Counted from the stretch's first letter, positions 51,735 through 63,604 are shown. The stretch is DNA of 64,000 nt from Vulcanimicrobiota bacterium (GCA_963714015.1 OY970223.1:2464001-2528000), one strand, 5' to 3'. The notes: generated by a model from the sequence alone, not told the origin. A program made the numbers and translations.

Positions 51735-54530
51735 GCCGAGGCGTGCCTGTGAGAAACTTCGAAAACCGGCGGATACAGCGCCGCCAGTTCCTCGGCGCTG
51801 ATGGCGCGCGAGTAGTAGTAGCCCTGACCGAAACGGCAGCCGGCGTTGCGCAGCACGTCACGTTGGCGCTGTGTTTCAATGCCTTCCGCAACGACGCGAA
51901 CGTCAAAGGCTTCCGCGAGCGTCATGAGGGTACGGACGATTGGCTCGCTTGCAACGTCGCCGTCCTGGCCGGCGACGAAAGAACGGTCGATCTTGATAGC
52001 GTCCACCTTGAACTGCTGTAAATACCGAAGGGATGAATAGCCGGTACCAAAGTCGTCGATGCAGATGCCGAATCCCTGCGCGCGAAGACGCTCCACCAGC
52101 GCGTTGGGGCGCGTGCCGGCATCCAGCACGATGCTTTCGGTGATCTCGAGCGTCAAATCGGACGGGTCGATTCCGGATTCGCGAACCGCGGCCAAAAGTG
52201 TCGACTCAAAATCCGAATCCAGCAGCTCTGCAGCGGAAACGTTCACGTTGATCGGCAAGACGCGATCCCGGCCCATCGCACGCTTCCAGCGAGCGGACTG
52301 TGCGCACGCCGTTCGCAAAACGAAACGTCCGATCGGCACCGCAAGACCCGTTTGCTCGGCGAGGGGCATGAAATCCGTCGGTCCGATCACCCCTTCAGCC
52401 GGATGATTCCATCGCAGCAGCGCTTCGCAACCGAAGAGCTCGCCGTCCGCCGTTTTCACGATCGGCTGGTAATGCAAGATAAACTCTCCGCGATCGAGCG
52501 CGAGGCGCAGATCAGTCGTCAGCTGTAAGCGTTTTTGCGCCCGGACGTGCATGCGCGAGTCGAAAACTGCAAACCGCGTCCCGCCGCTTCCCTTGGCGTG
52601 GCGCATGGCAATGTCCGCATCGCGCATAACGTCCTCGCCGCGCTGATAATTCGCCGATCCGATGGCGATACCGACACTGGCGGAAACGAATATGGAGCGG
52701 CTGCCGAGCGCTACCGGTTTAGCGAGTGCCGTCAGAATGCGCCGCGCAATGAGTTCGACGTGCAGAACGTCGGGCAGAGACTGCACGAGGACGGCGAACT
52801 CGTCGCTACCCAAACGGGCGACCACGTCGGCCGCTTCGATCGACGACCGCAGCCTATGAGCGACTTGCGAGATGACGAAGTCGCCGGCATCGTGGCCCAA
52901 ACTCTCGTTGATGTCTTTGAAGCGGTCGAGATCGACGAATAGCACTGCAAATGAAGACTCGGGCGATATTTTCAGCTGAAGGAACTGCTCTCGCACCTTG
53001 GTCTCGAAAAGCGCGCGGTTCGGCAAGCCCGTCAGCCCGTCGTGCGTCATGTCGTGCAGCATCCGGCGCTCGCTGCGCTTGAGTTCCGTAAGGTCGCGAA
53101 ACGTGCACATCGCGTAAAACGGATTACCGGAATCGTCCTTTACCAGCGAAACCGTGACGTCGGTCCACGCTTCGTGGCCGGAAGGCGTCATCACGTGCTG
53201 CTCGTACTCGAACAGATCGCTCTCGCCGCGCATCAACTCCGAGAATTCACGCTCGCGGCCCTCGAGCACGGCCGGTTCTCCGTCACCGTAGAAATGCCGA
53301 AAGACCGCATTTGCGTCGACGACGCGCCGGTTTCGATCGAGGATCGCAATGCCCAGTGCCGCGCCGTCAAACACCGCTCGGAACTGTGCCTCGCTGAGGC
53401 GCAGCGCGCGTTCGGCCGTTTGACGCGCGAGTTCGACGCTCAGCCGTTCGGATTCCTGACGAGCTTTCTGCAGGGCCAAGCGGTTACGGCGAGCCGTCAG
53501 TCTGGGAGACGAGCAACATGATTCCGAGCACCAGGGCCGCACCGCAAGCGGCGGCCGCATAGAGATAGCGATCGTGCTCGGTCTTGACGCGGACCCGATG
53601 TGCGAGCTGTCCGTCCAGTAGTCCGTACACGTCGCGACTCATCGTAACGGTCGCAGCGACCGCGGAGTCCGCACTTGCCCGCGTGGACGCCGCATTACCG
53701 GACGGCTGTGCTTTGACGACGACCTGAGCGTTCAGGGCGTTCATGAACTTGTCGCCCGCAGCTCGCATGCCTGCGTTGTCGCGCTCGTAACGGGAAACGT
53801 CCACCGACGAAGCGACGCCTTCGCGCCGCGCCGTGCTTAGCACCGAACCCCACTCGTCCGTCGTGAGGTCCAAATCTCCCTGATCCGTGGAGGCGCTGTC
53901 GAGCAGCCGCGCCAGCATGATGCGGTTCGGTATCGAAAGCGAACCGCCGGCTTGAGCGTTTTCGCCCAGAAAATCCGCGTGCATCAATTCGGCGATCGCT
54001 GCCGGAAGTTTGGCGAAGTACATATCCGCCAAGTCTTGCGTGGCGCGATCCGTCTCATATTCCAGACCGGACACGTCTTCCAAGCGATAGAGCAGAGCTT
54101 GGCCAAGGTCGCGCACTGCCGCATCCGAAGCCGGCACCGCAGCGCTGCTCCGCGAGCGAGCTGTGATCCAGTCGCCCCGAACTTTTTGCCAATCCGGCAG
54201 CATGCGAATTAGATCGTTCGTGCTGCGCGCCGACGCATCGACCGAGGCGATTTCGCGATCGATCTGCGCCCGAAGTCCAGGATACGCCGGAGCTTGCCGC
54301 AGCATTTGCGTGCGCACGCGATAGCGGTTCAAGTCGATAAATAGCGCCATTAGCGCGTGCTCGAACTGAACCGCGGCGCGCTCTCGCTTGAGCGTCGCCA
54401 CGCCGGTCCCGGCGTCGGCGGAGAGACGAAATGCCTGCCACAGGCTGAGCGCGAGCAGAACCGCTGCAACGGCGGTCAAACCGATACCGAATAACGCCCG
54501 CCAGGTGGGGGCCGCACGGCGGGGCTCCAT
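51731..54530 (-). CDS. Membrane sensor-PAS-GGDEF(GSDEF)-EAL protein (frameshift near 53500)
   Basis: ORF 53484..54530 gives TM, helical extracytoplasmic domain, TM. ORF 51731..53560 gives PAS, RLGSDEF, EALLRW and DDFGTGYSS. Confidence 0.85.
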
Positions 54531-54665
54531 TAAGCGCTTAAGGTTCGCGTCGTCTGGTACCAGTCATTTAGGACAAGCGTAAGGAACCCGCCGTCCTGTG
54601 GAAAGTCTGTGTTAACTATGCCGTTTCGCGAGCGATCGGCGTGTTGGCAAGCAGGCAAGCAGGGG

Positions 54666-54745
54666 TGGGGTGGCTGACGGGGATCGAACCCGCGACCTCT
54701 TAAGTCACAGTCAAGCGCTCTAACCAGTCTGAGCTGACAGCCACC
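54666..54745 (-). tRNA. tRNA-His(GTG)
   Basis: G-1 GTGGCTG, CTTGA-CTGTGAC-TTAAG, GTTCGATCC, CAGCCACCCCA. There is one extra C before the D stem. Confidence 0.93.
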
Positions 54746-54765
54746 ACAAACGTTTGCGTTGAATA

Positions 54766-54838
<73 letters not shown>

Positions 54839-54940
54839 ATTTGCGGACGACGCCGGATAGCCCTCCGAGTGCGCTCCCCCGCAAGCGGCACCCGAACCAG
54901 AATACCATGCGGACGCAACTCGCTATTACCGCGGACGAAT

Positions 54941-55018
54941 TGGTCGGGGCGACAGGACTTGAACCTGCGATCCTCTCGGACCCAAACCGAGCGCTCTACC
55001 AAGCTGAGCTACGCCCCG
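54941..55018 (-). tRNA. tRNA-Pro(TGG)
   Basis: CGGGGCGTAGCTCAGCTTGGTAGAGCG-CTCGG-TTTGGGT-CCGAG..GTTCAAGTC..CGCCCCGACCA. Confidence 0.95.
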
Positions 55019-55095
55019 AAATCCGCCTTGAACCATTTAAAATCACGGGCTGTTTTCCTGCGACGGCAATTAGTACATCATACGATGCGGTGAGA

Positions 55096-56235
55096 TCACT
55101 TTAGAAATTTCGAAAGCATCGCCGCAGTCTGGTCGCCTCCGGTCCACGACGTCAAAATGCGCCCGTCGCGACCGATCAGATAGTGCGCCGGCAGCGCCGT
55201 TACGCGATATAGTCGCTGAATCGATCCGGACGGTCCCTCGACGATCTGCGGCCAAGAGGCACCATTACGCGAAGTGAACGCGCGTACGAGATTTTGCGAG
55301 TCGTCGGCCGATACGCCGATCACCGAAAGACCGCGCTGCTGCACCTGCTTGTAACGCTTCGCCATTTGCGACATCTCTTTTTGGCACGGCTCGCAGTACG
55401 TCGACCAAAAATCGAGGAGAACCCGACCTCCATGGTATTGTGAGAGCGCGACGACTCGGCCGTCAATGCCGCGTGCCGAAAAGGCCGGAGCAGCCGTGCC
55501 GGGCTTCAGCGACGGACGGTCCGCCAGCGTGTACGGCAATGGCGTGAGCGAGAGTGCTTCGCCCGCGGGTGCTACGCGGAATGTAAAGGATCGCCCGAAC
55601 AAGTTCAGATGACGTTCATCCAAGCTGTAGCGCTGCAGCCCTTCGGAACTGCCGATAACCACAGATTGCCCAATATCGTACCGGCCGGAACTCCCGTACA
55701 AATTGAACGCTGCACGACGATTGCCGAGGACGATCTCGCCGTGCCGAACGGTTCCTTCCGAAATCCACAATGCCCGCTGGTAAGTATTCGCTCGCGTGAA
55801 ATGATGTTCGACGATCGTAAACTCGCAAGGGTATGAGTCGCCCTTCCGCGCGACCATTACGCGCAGCCGGTAAATCCCGTGAGCTTTCTTAAACTGCAGC
55901 GGTCGCGCCGCGGCCAAATTGCCGTCGCCGTGCAGGTCCAGGTACAACGTCCACCCGCGAGCGTTGGAGCCCTCGAGAATCCAGCTTCTGTTCTGGTTGT
56001 CCACCACGACGTTAAAGCCGAAGCGGGCGTCCGGTGAGAGGTGCGGCGGCAGCCTCCGGATTGGAATGAACGAGCGCATCGATTGCAACCCAGCGACTTC
56101 GGCGCGATACGCGCTGAACGTCATCGGGACGAAGTAACCGCCGTTCGCATCGTCCGGCTGCGGCGGCCCTGCACTAAAGCTGTACGTTGCCTGTGCGGCG
56201 AAAGCGAGCAGCAAGGCTGCCGGCAGGTAGTTCAT
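55096..56235 (-). CDS. Secreted protein with C-terminal TlpA/redoxin domain
   Basis: Signal peptide, then APAF...DG..V.L, LLDFWSTYCEPC, Y.V.ALP..YLIGRDG.I. AGGAGG SD present. Confidence 0.85.
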   Translation of the reverse strand: MNYLPAALLLAFAAQATYSFSAGPPQPDDANGGYFVPMTFSAYRAEVAGLQSMRSFIPIRRLPPHLSPDARFGFNVVVDNQNRSWILEGSNARGWTLYLDLHGDGNLAAARPLQFKKAHGIYRLRVMVARKGDSYPCEFTIVEHHFTRANTYQRALWISEGTVRHGEIVLGNRRAAFNLYGSSGRYDIGQSVVIGSSEGLQRYSLDERHLNLFGRSFTFRVAPAGEALSLTPLPYTLADRPSLKPGTAAPAFSARGIDGRVVALSQYHGGRVLLDFWSTYCEPCQKEMSQMAKRYKQVQQRGLSVIGVSADDSQNLVRAFTSRNGASWPQIVEGPSGSIQRLYRVTALPAHYLIGRDGRILTSWTGGDQTAAMLSKFLK

Positions 56236-56425
56236 CAGGCCTCCTAACGAGCGCGCAAAAATCGGATTGCTTCTTTTTATCTACGGCCCGCAGAATTCTT
56301 TTCGTAAATATAACGCCGCGCTCGTCACTTCCGGCCCCGCCGTACCGATATTCAATAACAGCCGCTGCGTGGGCGGCTTCGCTGCGACCCTTCCTCAGGT
56401 ATGGAGCTTCGAGAACCCGCAGTTT

Positions 56426-56458
56426 AAAGAGACGCCGGCTGAGCCCGGCGTCTTTTTC
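56426..56458. terminator. Terminator after the GNAT gene
   Basis: AAAGAGACGCCGG-ctgagc-CCGGCGTCTTTTT. Confidence 0.75.
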
Positions 56459-56464
56459 GTTTTC

Positions 56465-57325
56465 TCAGAACAGCAGCGAATGAAAACCGACGTAGCGCGA
56501 AAGATCCGCTGCGCCGCTGTCGCTGGCAAATATCCGTACTCCCTCGAGCGTTAGCCCGGCGCGCATTGCGGCGCGCATGATCCGGATATTGGTCCCAGGA
56601 ACCATGGCCGTGCACCATGACGCACCATACGACTGGCGCAGCGTCGCCAGTGCGAACGCGAAGAACTGCGTCAAGTAGGAAGCTGAGGCCGCGCACATGG
56701 GCCCGATGCGTCCGCTCGGCCAGACGTATACGTAACCCGCCAATTCCTCATCGCGCCGGAAGATGAAGCCGCGGCCGTTTTCGCAAAAGTACAGGTGATC
56801 CAGCGGCCGGGCGCTTCCGCGCGCCTCGCGGTCGAGCTGTCCAACGGCGGACCGATGGCCCACCGGGTCTAGCGGTTCGGTAATGAAGCGATAATCGCCG
56901 GCCGCCATGCGCAGCAGTTCGTTCTCGTGCGGGATGGCGCCGGAGACGTCCAAGATCGGTGTGTGCAGCGCAACACCGCGGCGCAGGAAGAATGCGAGCG
57001 CACCCAATTCCGATGGCTCGATCAATCCGCTGCGCGCGGCATCGCCTGCTTCTCTATCAGCCTGCGTGAGAAGCTTCCAACCGACACCGCGCATCTGAAA
57101 CGAGGGTTCGACGAAGATCTCGCTCATGAACCACTCGTCTTCGAGCGCGTGCGGAATGGCGATGCCGATAGGTGTGCCTTCGTCTTTCGCGACGTAAACG
57201 CCGCTGGGCGCCACGTGCGCTAAATCGACGTACAGTTTGCGCGCATGTTCGTCGCGCCAGCGCCGCCGGGCGAAATGCGCCACGTCGTCCGCCGATGCGA
57301 CGGCGATAAGCGCTTCTTCAGACAC
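56465..57325 (-). CDS. GNAT-family N-acetyltransferase (tandem GNAT)
   Basis: IFVEPSFQMRGVGWKLL acetyl-CoA motif, and a second lobe GYVYV..SGRIGP. Confidence 0.8.
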   Translation of the reverse strand: MSEEALIAVASADDVAHFARRRWRDEHARKLYVDLAHVAPSGVYVAKDEGTPIGIAIPHALEDEWFMSEIFVEPSFQMRGVGWKLLTQADREAGDAARSGLIEPSELGALAFFLRRGVALHTPILDVSGAIPHENELLRMAAGDYRFITEPLDPVGHRSAVGQLDREARGSARPLDHLYFCENGRGFIFRRDEELAGYVYVWPSGRIGPMCAASASYLTQFFAFALATLRQSYGASWCTAMVPGTNIRIMRAAMRAGLTLEGVRIFASDSGAADLSRYVGFHSLLF

Positions 57326-57914
57326 GGCGTCTCAACGCCTCGAGGAGCGATTGCGCCGCGCGAGCGCGGTGACTTATGCGGTTCTTATCTTCTTCCGGCA
57401 TCTCCGCAAACGTGCGATCGGCGGGCGGGTACCAAAAGATCGGATCGTAGCCGAAACCGAAACGGCCACGCTCCTCGTCGGTAAGCACCCCTTCCACCTC
57501 ACCGTAGGCAGCAAACTCTTCGCCGCTCTCCAAAACGAGCACAATCGCACAGCAGAACTTCGCGCCGCGATCCCGCACGGGGGTCGTCGAGAGTTCTTCG
57601 AGCAATTTTTCGCGGCGCTGCGGCCACGGGATCTCGCGGCCGCCGTATCTTGCCGAGTGTACGCCGGGCCGTCCGCCTAGCGCAGCCACCTCGATTCCGG
57701 AATCGTCCGCGAGGACCGCGCCCTGAACGCCCGCGTCGCGCAGTTGACGGTATAGGCTGCGGGCTTTCGATTCCGCGTTTCCCGCATAAGTCGGTTCGTC
57801 TTCCGGCGCCTCCGCGTACAGCGGATACGTGTCCAACTCGAGTTCGCTTCCGGCAAAGATGGCCTTCAGCTCATCGAGCTTCCCCAGGTTTTTGGTCGCT
57901 ACGAAAGTTTTCAC
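57318..57914 (-). CDS. rdgB: Non-canonical purine NTP pyrophosphatase (RdgB/Ham1)
   Basis: Motifs ATKNLGKL.E, ADDSGI, PGVHSARY, GFGYDPIF and KNRISHR. Confidence 0.97.
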   Translation of the reverse strand: MKTFVATKNLGKLDELKAIFAGSELELDTYPLYAEAPEDEPTYAGNAESKARSLYRQLRDAGVQGAVLADDSGIEVAALGGRPGVHSARYGGREIPWPQRREKLLEELSTTPVRDRGAKFCCAIVLVLESGEEFAAYGEVEGVLTDEERGRFGFGYDPIFWYPPADRTFAEMPEEDKNRISHRARAAQSLLEALRRRV

Positions 57915-57933
57915 CGCGCCCTGACCAGGCACG

Positions 57934-59751
57934 CTAATCCTCTAGACGCAGAACGGCCATGAACGCTTCCTGCGGAAGATCGACGCGGCCCACGCGCTTC
58001 ATGCGTTCCTTGCCGACCTTCTGCTTCTCCAGCAGCTTGCGCTTGCGGGTGATGTCGCCGCCGTAGCACTTGGCCAGGACGTTTTTTCGTATGGCGCTCA
58101 CGGTTTCGCGCGCAACGATCTTTCCGCCGATAGCCGCTTGAATCGGCACTTCGAACATCTGACGCGGAATTAGTTCTTTGAGCTTCTCCGTGAGCGCGCG
58201 GCCGCGCGCGGCTGCCCGCTCCCGCGAGACGATGAACGAGAGCGCATCGACCACCTCGGCATTCAGCAGAATCTCGAGCTTCACGAGATCGCCTTCGCGG
58301 TAGCCGATCACCTCGTAGTCCAGCGATGCGTAACCCTTCGTCCGGGACTTCAATTGATCGAAATAATCGATGATTACCTCGATCAGCGGCATCTCGTAGG
58401 TCAGAATGACACGGCCGTCGTGCAAGTATTCCATGTTGCTCAGCGTGCCGCGCCGCGCTTGCGTAATCTCCATGATGCCGCCCACGTAATCCGGCGGCGT
58501 GATGATCGTGGCCTTGACGTACGGCTCTTCGATCGATCGGATAAGATTCATCACCGGAAGTTTGCTCGGGTTGTCGATCATCTCGACTTTCCCGTCCGTC
58601 ATGGTTGCGCGGAAGACGACCGAAGGCGAAGTCGCAATCAGGTCGAGGCCGTAGTTGCGTTCCAGTCGCTCCTGCACGATCTCCATGTGCAGCAGGCCCA
58701 AGAATCCGCAGCGAAAGCCGAAACCGAGCGCGACGGACGTCTCCGGCTCGTAGGTGAACGCCGCGTCGTTCAGTTTCAATTTCTCGAGCGCGTCGCGCAG
58801 CGCCGAATACTCCGCGCCTTCGTTCGGATATAATCCACAGTACACCATCGGAACGGCTTTGCGATATCCGGGCAACGGCACGTGCGCGGGATTGTTCGCC
58901 TGCGTAATGGTATCGCCTACGTCGATTTCCCCGAGCGATTTGATGTTTGCGATAACGTAACCGACTCCGCCGAGTTCGAGCTTCTCCACGGGCCGCATCT
59001 GCGGGCTGAAAACGCCCACCTCGGTACACTCGTAGACGTGTTGATGCGCCATCGACATGAACTTGGTTCCGGCAGCGAGCACACCGTCCGCGACGCGAAC
59101 GTAACTCACGACGCCGCGATACGGATCGAACTGCGCGTTGAAGACCAGTGCGCGCAAGTGATCGCGGTGTCCCTTGGGCGGCGGAATGCGCTGCACGACC
59201 GCTTCCAGAATTTCTTCGATGCCGATTCCCTGCTTCGCACTAGCGAGAATGCACTCGCTCTTCTCGATGATCAGCAGCTCTTCGACCTCGCCCATCACAC
59301 GCTCGGGATCCGCCGCGGGCAAATCGATTTTGTTGATCACCGGAATGATCGTCAGGTCGTGCTCGAGCGCGAGGTGATAATTGGCGAGCGTTTGCGCCTC
59401 GATGCCCTGGGCGGCGTCGATGATCAGGATCGCACCCTCGCAGGCCGCCAGCGATCGCGAAACTTCGTACGAGAAGTCGACATGCCCCGGGGTGTCGATG
59501 AGATTGAGCCGATACGTCTTTCCGTCCGTAGATGGATAGTTCAGGGTCACCGGATGCATCCGGATCGTGATGCCGCGCTCGCGCTCCAGGTCCATCGCGT
59601 CGAGCGCCTGCTCTTCCATGTCGCGCAGTTCGATGGTCCGCGTCATCTCCAGCAGACGATCCGAAAGCGTCGTCTTGCCGTGGTCGATGTGCGCGATGAT
59701 GCAGAAGTTGCGGACGTTCTCCGCCACTTCCGGACGATGCGGTGAGGTCAT
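57934..59751 (-). CDS. lepA: Elongation factor 4
   Basis: Motifs [28 protein letters not shown] and [18 protein letters not shown]. Confidence 0.99.
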   Translation of the reverse strand: MTSPHRPEVAENVRNFCIIAHIDHGKTTLSDRLLEMTRTIELRDMEEQALDAMDLERERGITIRMHPVTLNYPSTDGKTYRLNLIDTPGHVDFSYEVSRSLAACEGAILIIDAAQGIEAQTLANYHLALEHDLTIIPVINKIDLPAADPERVMGEVEELLIIEKSECILASAKQGIGIEEILEAVVQRIPPPKGHRDHLRALVFNAQFDPYRGVVSYVRVADGVLAAGTKFMSMAHQHVYECTEVGVFSPQMRPVEKLELGGVGYVIANIKSLGEIDVGDTITQANNPAHVPLPGYRKAVPMVYCGLYPNEGAEYSALRDALEKLKLNDAAFTYEPETSVALGFGFRCGFLGLLHMEIVQERLERNYGLDLIATSPSVVFRATMTDGKVEMIDNPSKLPVMNLIRSIEEPYVKATIITPPDYVGGIMEITQARRGTLSNMEYLHDGRVILTYEMPLIEVIIDYFDQLKSRTKGYASLDYEVIGYREGDLVKLEILLNAEVVDALSFIVSRERAAARGRALTEKLKELIPRQMFEVPIQAAIGGKIVARETVSAIRKNVLAKCYGGDITRKRKLLEKQKVGKERMKRVGRVDLPQEAFMAVLRLED

Positions 59752-59752
59752 C

Positions 59753-60022
59753 TCAGTAGCAGGCGAAGATTTGCGGACGGATGAGGAAGTTGTCGATCAC
59801 CCACAATATCGCCAGCAGCGCTATGAACGCCAAATCGAAGCCTCCGACCGGCGGAATGACGCGGCGCAGCGGCTGGAGCAGCGGTTCCACGAGCATATCG
59901 ACGTACCGGCTCCAACTGCCGCGCAGATCCGGGACCCACGAAAGGACGGCGTACAAGAGCATCACGAGCGTATAAAGCCAAATTATTTTGTCGAGAGCCG
60001 AGGCAAGCTGACACCAGATCAC
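59753..60022 (-). CDS. yggT: YggT family membrane protein
   Basis: AVLSWVP...[20 protein letters not shown]. Confidence 0.92.
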   Translation of the reverse strand: MIWCQLASALDKIIWLYTLVMLLYAVLSWVPDLRGSWSRYVDMLVEPLLQPLRRVIPPVGGFDLAFIALLAILWVIDNFLIRPQIFACY

Positions 60023-60073
60023 GCCGCTGCCTTTCGAGCAGTGACCGATAAACCCCGGTTGCGGGCCGCCGGC

Positions 60074-60955
60074 CTACGGCAGCGACGCCAGAACCTTGGG
60101 CGGAACACCCTTCAGGTACGGTGTGGGATCGACTGGGACGCCGTTAAGCATCACTTGATAGTGCAGGTGCGGACCCGTTGAAAAACCGGTCGAGCCGACC
60201 AGGCCGATGGCCTGCCCTTTGTGGACGTATGCGCCCGGCGTTACGTCCATGCGCGAGAGATGCGCGTACCAGGTGTGGTAGCCGTTGCCGTGATCGATGT
60301 CGATCTTCTCGCCGAAGCCGCCGTCCCAGCCGGCGCTCGCAACCGTTCCGGCAGCCGCTGCGCGGACGACGTCGCCGTAATCAGCTCCAAGATCGACGCC
60401 GGGATGAAATTCGCTATCCGGATAGCTGCGGTAGCAGAAGCAGCCGATCACGTCCGCGCCGTCGACCGGGTCGATCGACGGAATCGCGGCGAGCGCCTCG
60501 GCGCGCGCCAGTTCTTGCAAGTGTCGCACGTTCAGCACATGCATGGTCAATCGGCGCAGCAGGTTGGATTCGGCGCTCGTCTGATCTGCCTCGGCGGCCA
60601 GCGCGTCGATGGAGTGCCTGATTTCGCTCGTCTTCTGCACTGCGTGAACGCCGATGAGCTGCTGAATCTCCAAGTTTTGGTGCTGGATGTGCTGGAGCTG
60701 CCGGCGAATAGCCGCCGTCTTCGTGTCGATCGTACGCAACTGCTCCCGCTGCCGATTGGCCAACGATTGGAGCGCGGCCACCTGCGCGTGGGCCCGCCAC
60801 ATTTGCACGGCGCCGGCTCCCAGTGAGCCCAGGATCAACCCGCCGAGGACGATGCAGGCCGCAACGATGTGCCGCCGCTGCACCTCGAATCGCAAGACCC
60901 TCTCGCCGCGATGCGGGATGATCTTAACGAAGTAGCGTTCTTTGAGTTTGATCAC
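60074..60955 (-). CDS. M23 family metallopeptidase with N-terminal TM and coiled coil
   Basis: Motifs FHPGVD, TWYAHLS and GSTGFSTGPHLHY. GTG at 60955 overlaps the upstream stop. Confidence 0.92.
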   Translation of the reverse strand: MIKLKERYFVKIIPHRGERVLRFEVQRRHIVAACIVLGGLILGSLGAGAVQMWRAHAQVAALQSLANRQREQLRTIDTKTAAIRRQLQHIQHQNLEIQQLIGVHAVQKTSEIRHSIDALAAEADQTSAESNLLRRLTMHVLNVRHLQELARAEALAAIPSIDPVDGADVIGCFCYRSYPDSEFHPGVDLGADYGDVVRAAAAGTVASAGWDGGFGEKIDIDHGNGYHTWYAHLSRMDVTPGAYVHKGQAIGLVGSTGFSTGPHLHYQVMLNGVPVDPTPYLKGVPPKVLASLP

Positions 60956-61440
60956 AACGCCGCGCGCGCCTTGGAAATGGCATCTTTTTCCTCCGCAGAA
61001 GCAGTCACTACCGGTTCGAAGCCGCGAACGGCTTTTCCGAAGGTCCGCGTATCCGTGCGGGAATAAATACTCGTCAGCACTACGCCGTCGCCCTCGCGAT
61101 TGAGCAGTGCCAGCGCGTAGGACAGTTCCGAACCACTGTCTTGAAAAGCATCGTACCGGACGAATCCGATGCGAGAAACGTCGGTTCGAGACAGCGCGTC
61201 GAGTTCGCGTAAAGCCGACTCCGCCCTCTCGGCACGCCGGGCAAGCTCGCCATGGCCTTGTTCTAAGGAAGACAGGCGCGAAGTCGCACGGCTGGAGCCG
61301 CCTGCGAGCAGTTCGTCGTGGGTCGCGAGCATCGTCTCGTGGGCGTGAAGCGCAGGCTTGACCACCCCAAAGTGATAGACGACCAGGGCTAAAAGCGCCG
61401 CAGCAAGCGCCGCGCACGCGGCATAAATCTCCGGTTGCAT
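60952..61440 (-). CDS. DUF4446 family protein
   Basis: N-terminal TM, then GFVRYDAF..GSELSYALALL..GDGVVLTSIYSR..R..K and S.EE..AI. Confidence 0.88.
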   Translation of the reverse strand: MQPEIYAACAALAAALLALVVYHFGVVKPALHAHETMLATHDELLAGGSSRATSRLSSLEQGHGELARRAERAESALRELDALSRTDVSRIGFVRYDAFQDSGSELSYALALLNREGDGVVLTSIYSRTDTRTFGKAVRGFEPVVTASAEEKDAISKARAAL

Positions 61441-61453
61441 AATATATGGCAGG

Positions 61454-61574
61454 AACCACGGCGAGGACCAGGGAGTGCCCGGCACCCGTGAAGGCTCGCT
61501 TACCGTTGCTTCCTTCCGGATCTGGCGGGGTTCACGAGTTCACGCCGCGGGCAGCCCGGCCCCCGTCATGGCTC
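61454..61574 (-). ncRNA. ffs: Signal recognition particle RNA (small bacterial 4.5S type)
   Basis: The minus strand contains GAACCCCGCCAGATCCGGAAGGAAGCAACGG (helix 8 with GGAA loop) within a long hairpin closed by GAGCCATG../..CGTGGTTC. An extended -10 TGGTATCAT lies just upstream. Confidence 0.92.
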
Positions 61575-61632
61575 GAAGCATGATACCACGGCCGACCAGG
61601 GCGGGTGCAAGCCGCTCCCGTAGCAGTGGGCC

Positions 61633-63604
61633 ATGATTTCAGTAGCCGCCGGCACGATTGCCTGGAACCTCACCGCCGCCCAAATCAACGCGACTTGCAA
61701 GGCGGCCATTCAGACGACGAAAACCCAAGCCGCCCGCCTCGAGGCATACAACGGTCCGAAGAACTTCGCAAACGTCGTGCTGCCCCTCGAGAATATGAAC
61801 GCCGATCTAAGTGACGAAACGGTCGCGCAGACGTTTTTGCTGTACGTTGCGCCGGCTAAAGACGTTCGCGACGCTTCGCTGCAATGCGGCAACGACGAAT
61901 CGGCCCTCACGAACGAGCTGCAGGCTAACCCGAAGATCTATGCCGATCTTGCGGCGGCTCAGAAAAGCGCAACCGCAAAAAATCCCTATCAGCGAAAGCT
62001 TCTTTGGTTTTGGCTGGATACTTACAAGCGCAGCGGCGCCGGGCTCCCCGCTGCTAAGCGTAACGAATTCGTGAAGCTGAGCAACCAGCTGAACGATCTG
62101 GAGAACCGCTACGGTGCCAATCTGGCCAACGACGCGACCACCATAACGATTACGCCGGCGCAGGCCGCATCGCTTCCCGCAGACTTCACGGCCGGACTGG
62201 ATCGCAGTGGCGAGCGGTTACGCCGTTCCGGTTAACGAAAGCACCTATGCGCGGTTCATGCAAAACGAAAGCGACGAATCGGCGCGCAAGGCATTCTATC
62301 AGGCGTACGACAATCGCCAAGCCGGCCCCAACACGCAGTTGCTCGAGCAGGCCATTGCCATTCGAGACCGTCTGGCGCACGTGATGGGCTATCAAACCTG
62401 GGCGGCATATCAACTCTCGGATCGCATGGCCGGTAATCCGCAGCGCGTCATGGCGTTTCTGAACGATCTCGACAGGCGTGCGATGCCGCAGGCGAAAGCC
62501 GACGCCGCGCGCCTAGCCCAACTCAAAGCGCAAGATCAGAAGGCGCCCGGCGCCGCACTCCAGCCGTGGGATCTCACGTACTACGGAAACGTGCTGCGTA
62601 AGACGCAGTACGCGGTGGACGCCAATCAGGTTCGCCAGTACTTTCCCGTACAGCATACGATCGATGCGGTGCTGCAGATCTATCACACCTTGCTCAGCGT
62701 CGACTTCAAGCCGGTGCAGCCCGCAAACGCGTGGTCCGGGGACGTGCTCGAGTACGCAGTCAGCGATTCCCGCACCGGCAAGTTCATCGGAACGACGTAC
62801 TTCGATCTGTATCCGCGCCCCGGAAAGTATAGCCATTTCGCCAATTTTTCGATCTTGCCCGGACGGCAAATCGGCAACGCTTACCGCCCGCCGATCGCGG
62901 TGATCGTCGGCAACTGGCCTAAACCGGCGCCGGGGAATCCCGCGTTGCTCAGCCACGCGGACGTCGTCACATTCTTCCATGAATTCGGACACAATCTGGC
63001 CACGCTGCTCTCAACCGCGCCGTACGAGATGCTGTCGCAGCCCTTCATTCAGGACTTCGTGGAAGCTCCCTCACAAATGCTTGAGAACTTCGTTTGGCAG
63101 CCCTCGGTCCTCAAACAGATCAGTTCGAATTGGAAGACCGGTCAGCCGCTTCCGGACGATTTGATAGCCAAGATGGTGCGCGCACGCTACGTCAACTTCG
63201 CCCTCGGCGTCACGCAGCAGGTAGCACTCTCACAAATCGACATGGCATATCACACCAGCGGACCGCACGTCGATACGACCGCCGTCTGGGACCAGCTCTG
63301 GTCGCAGCTCTCGCCCGTGCCGGAAGATCCCGCGGATCATCCTCAAGCCAGCTTTACCCACTTGATGGGCGGGTACGACGCCGGTTACTACGGGTACTTG
63401 TGGTCGCAGGTTTATGCTCAAGATCTCTTTACCGCATTTCAGCGTGCGGGACTGGAGAATCCGCAAGTGGGCATGCGCTATCGTCAAGACATTCTTCAAC
63501 CTTCGCGCACTTACGATCCGGACGTCGAAGTCAAACGCTTCTTGGGCCGTCCGATGAGTCCTAACGCCTTCTATCAGCAATTCAGCCAGGAGCAGTCGCC
63601 ATGA
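61633..63604 (+). CDS. M3 family metallopeptidase (thimet oligopeptidase-like; frameshift near 62205)
   Basis: Motifs DLYPRPGKY, FFHEFGH (HExxH), DFVEAPSQMLEN, GYDAGYYGYLWS and FLGR. Confidence 0.93.

Noticed and set aside
54646..54663. GGCAAGCA tandem repeat next to tRNA-His
   Set aside because: Only about two copies and not similar to the tRNA end, so it does not support an att site.
54840..54940. Possible extra tRNA or ncRNA between tRNA-Arg and tRNA-Pro
   Set aside because: No T-loop consensus or cloverleaf could be built.
56398..56430. WSFENPQFK, resembling a Strep-tag
   Set aside because: It is only a partial match in a spurious ORF that runs into a terminator, with no vector context.
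60956..61459. 461-aa M23 ORF with a long N-terminus
   Set aside because: The upstream part overlaps the DUF4446 gene in another frame. The real start is GTG 60955.
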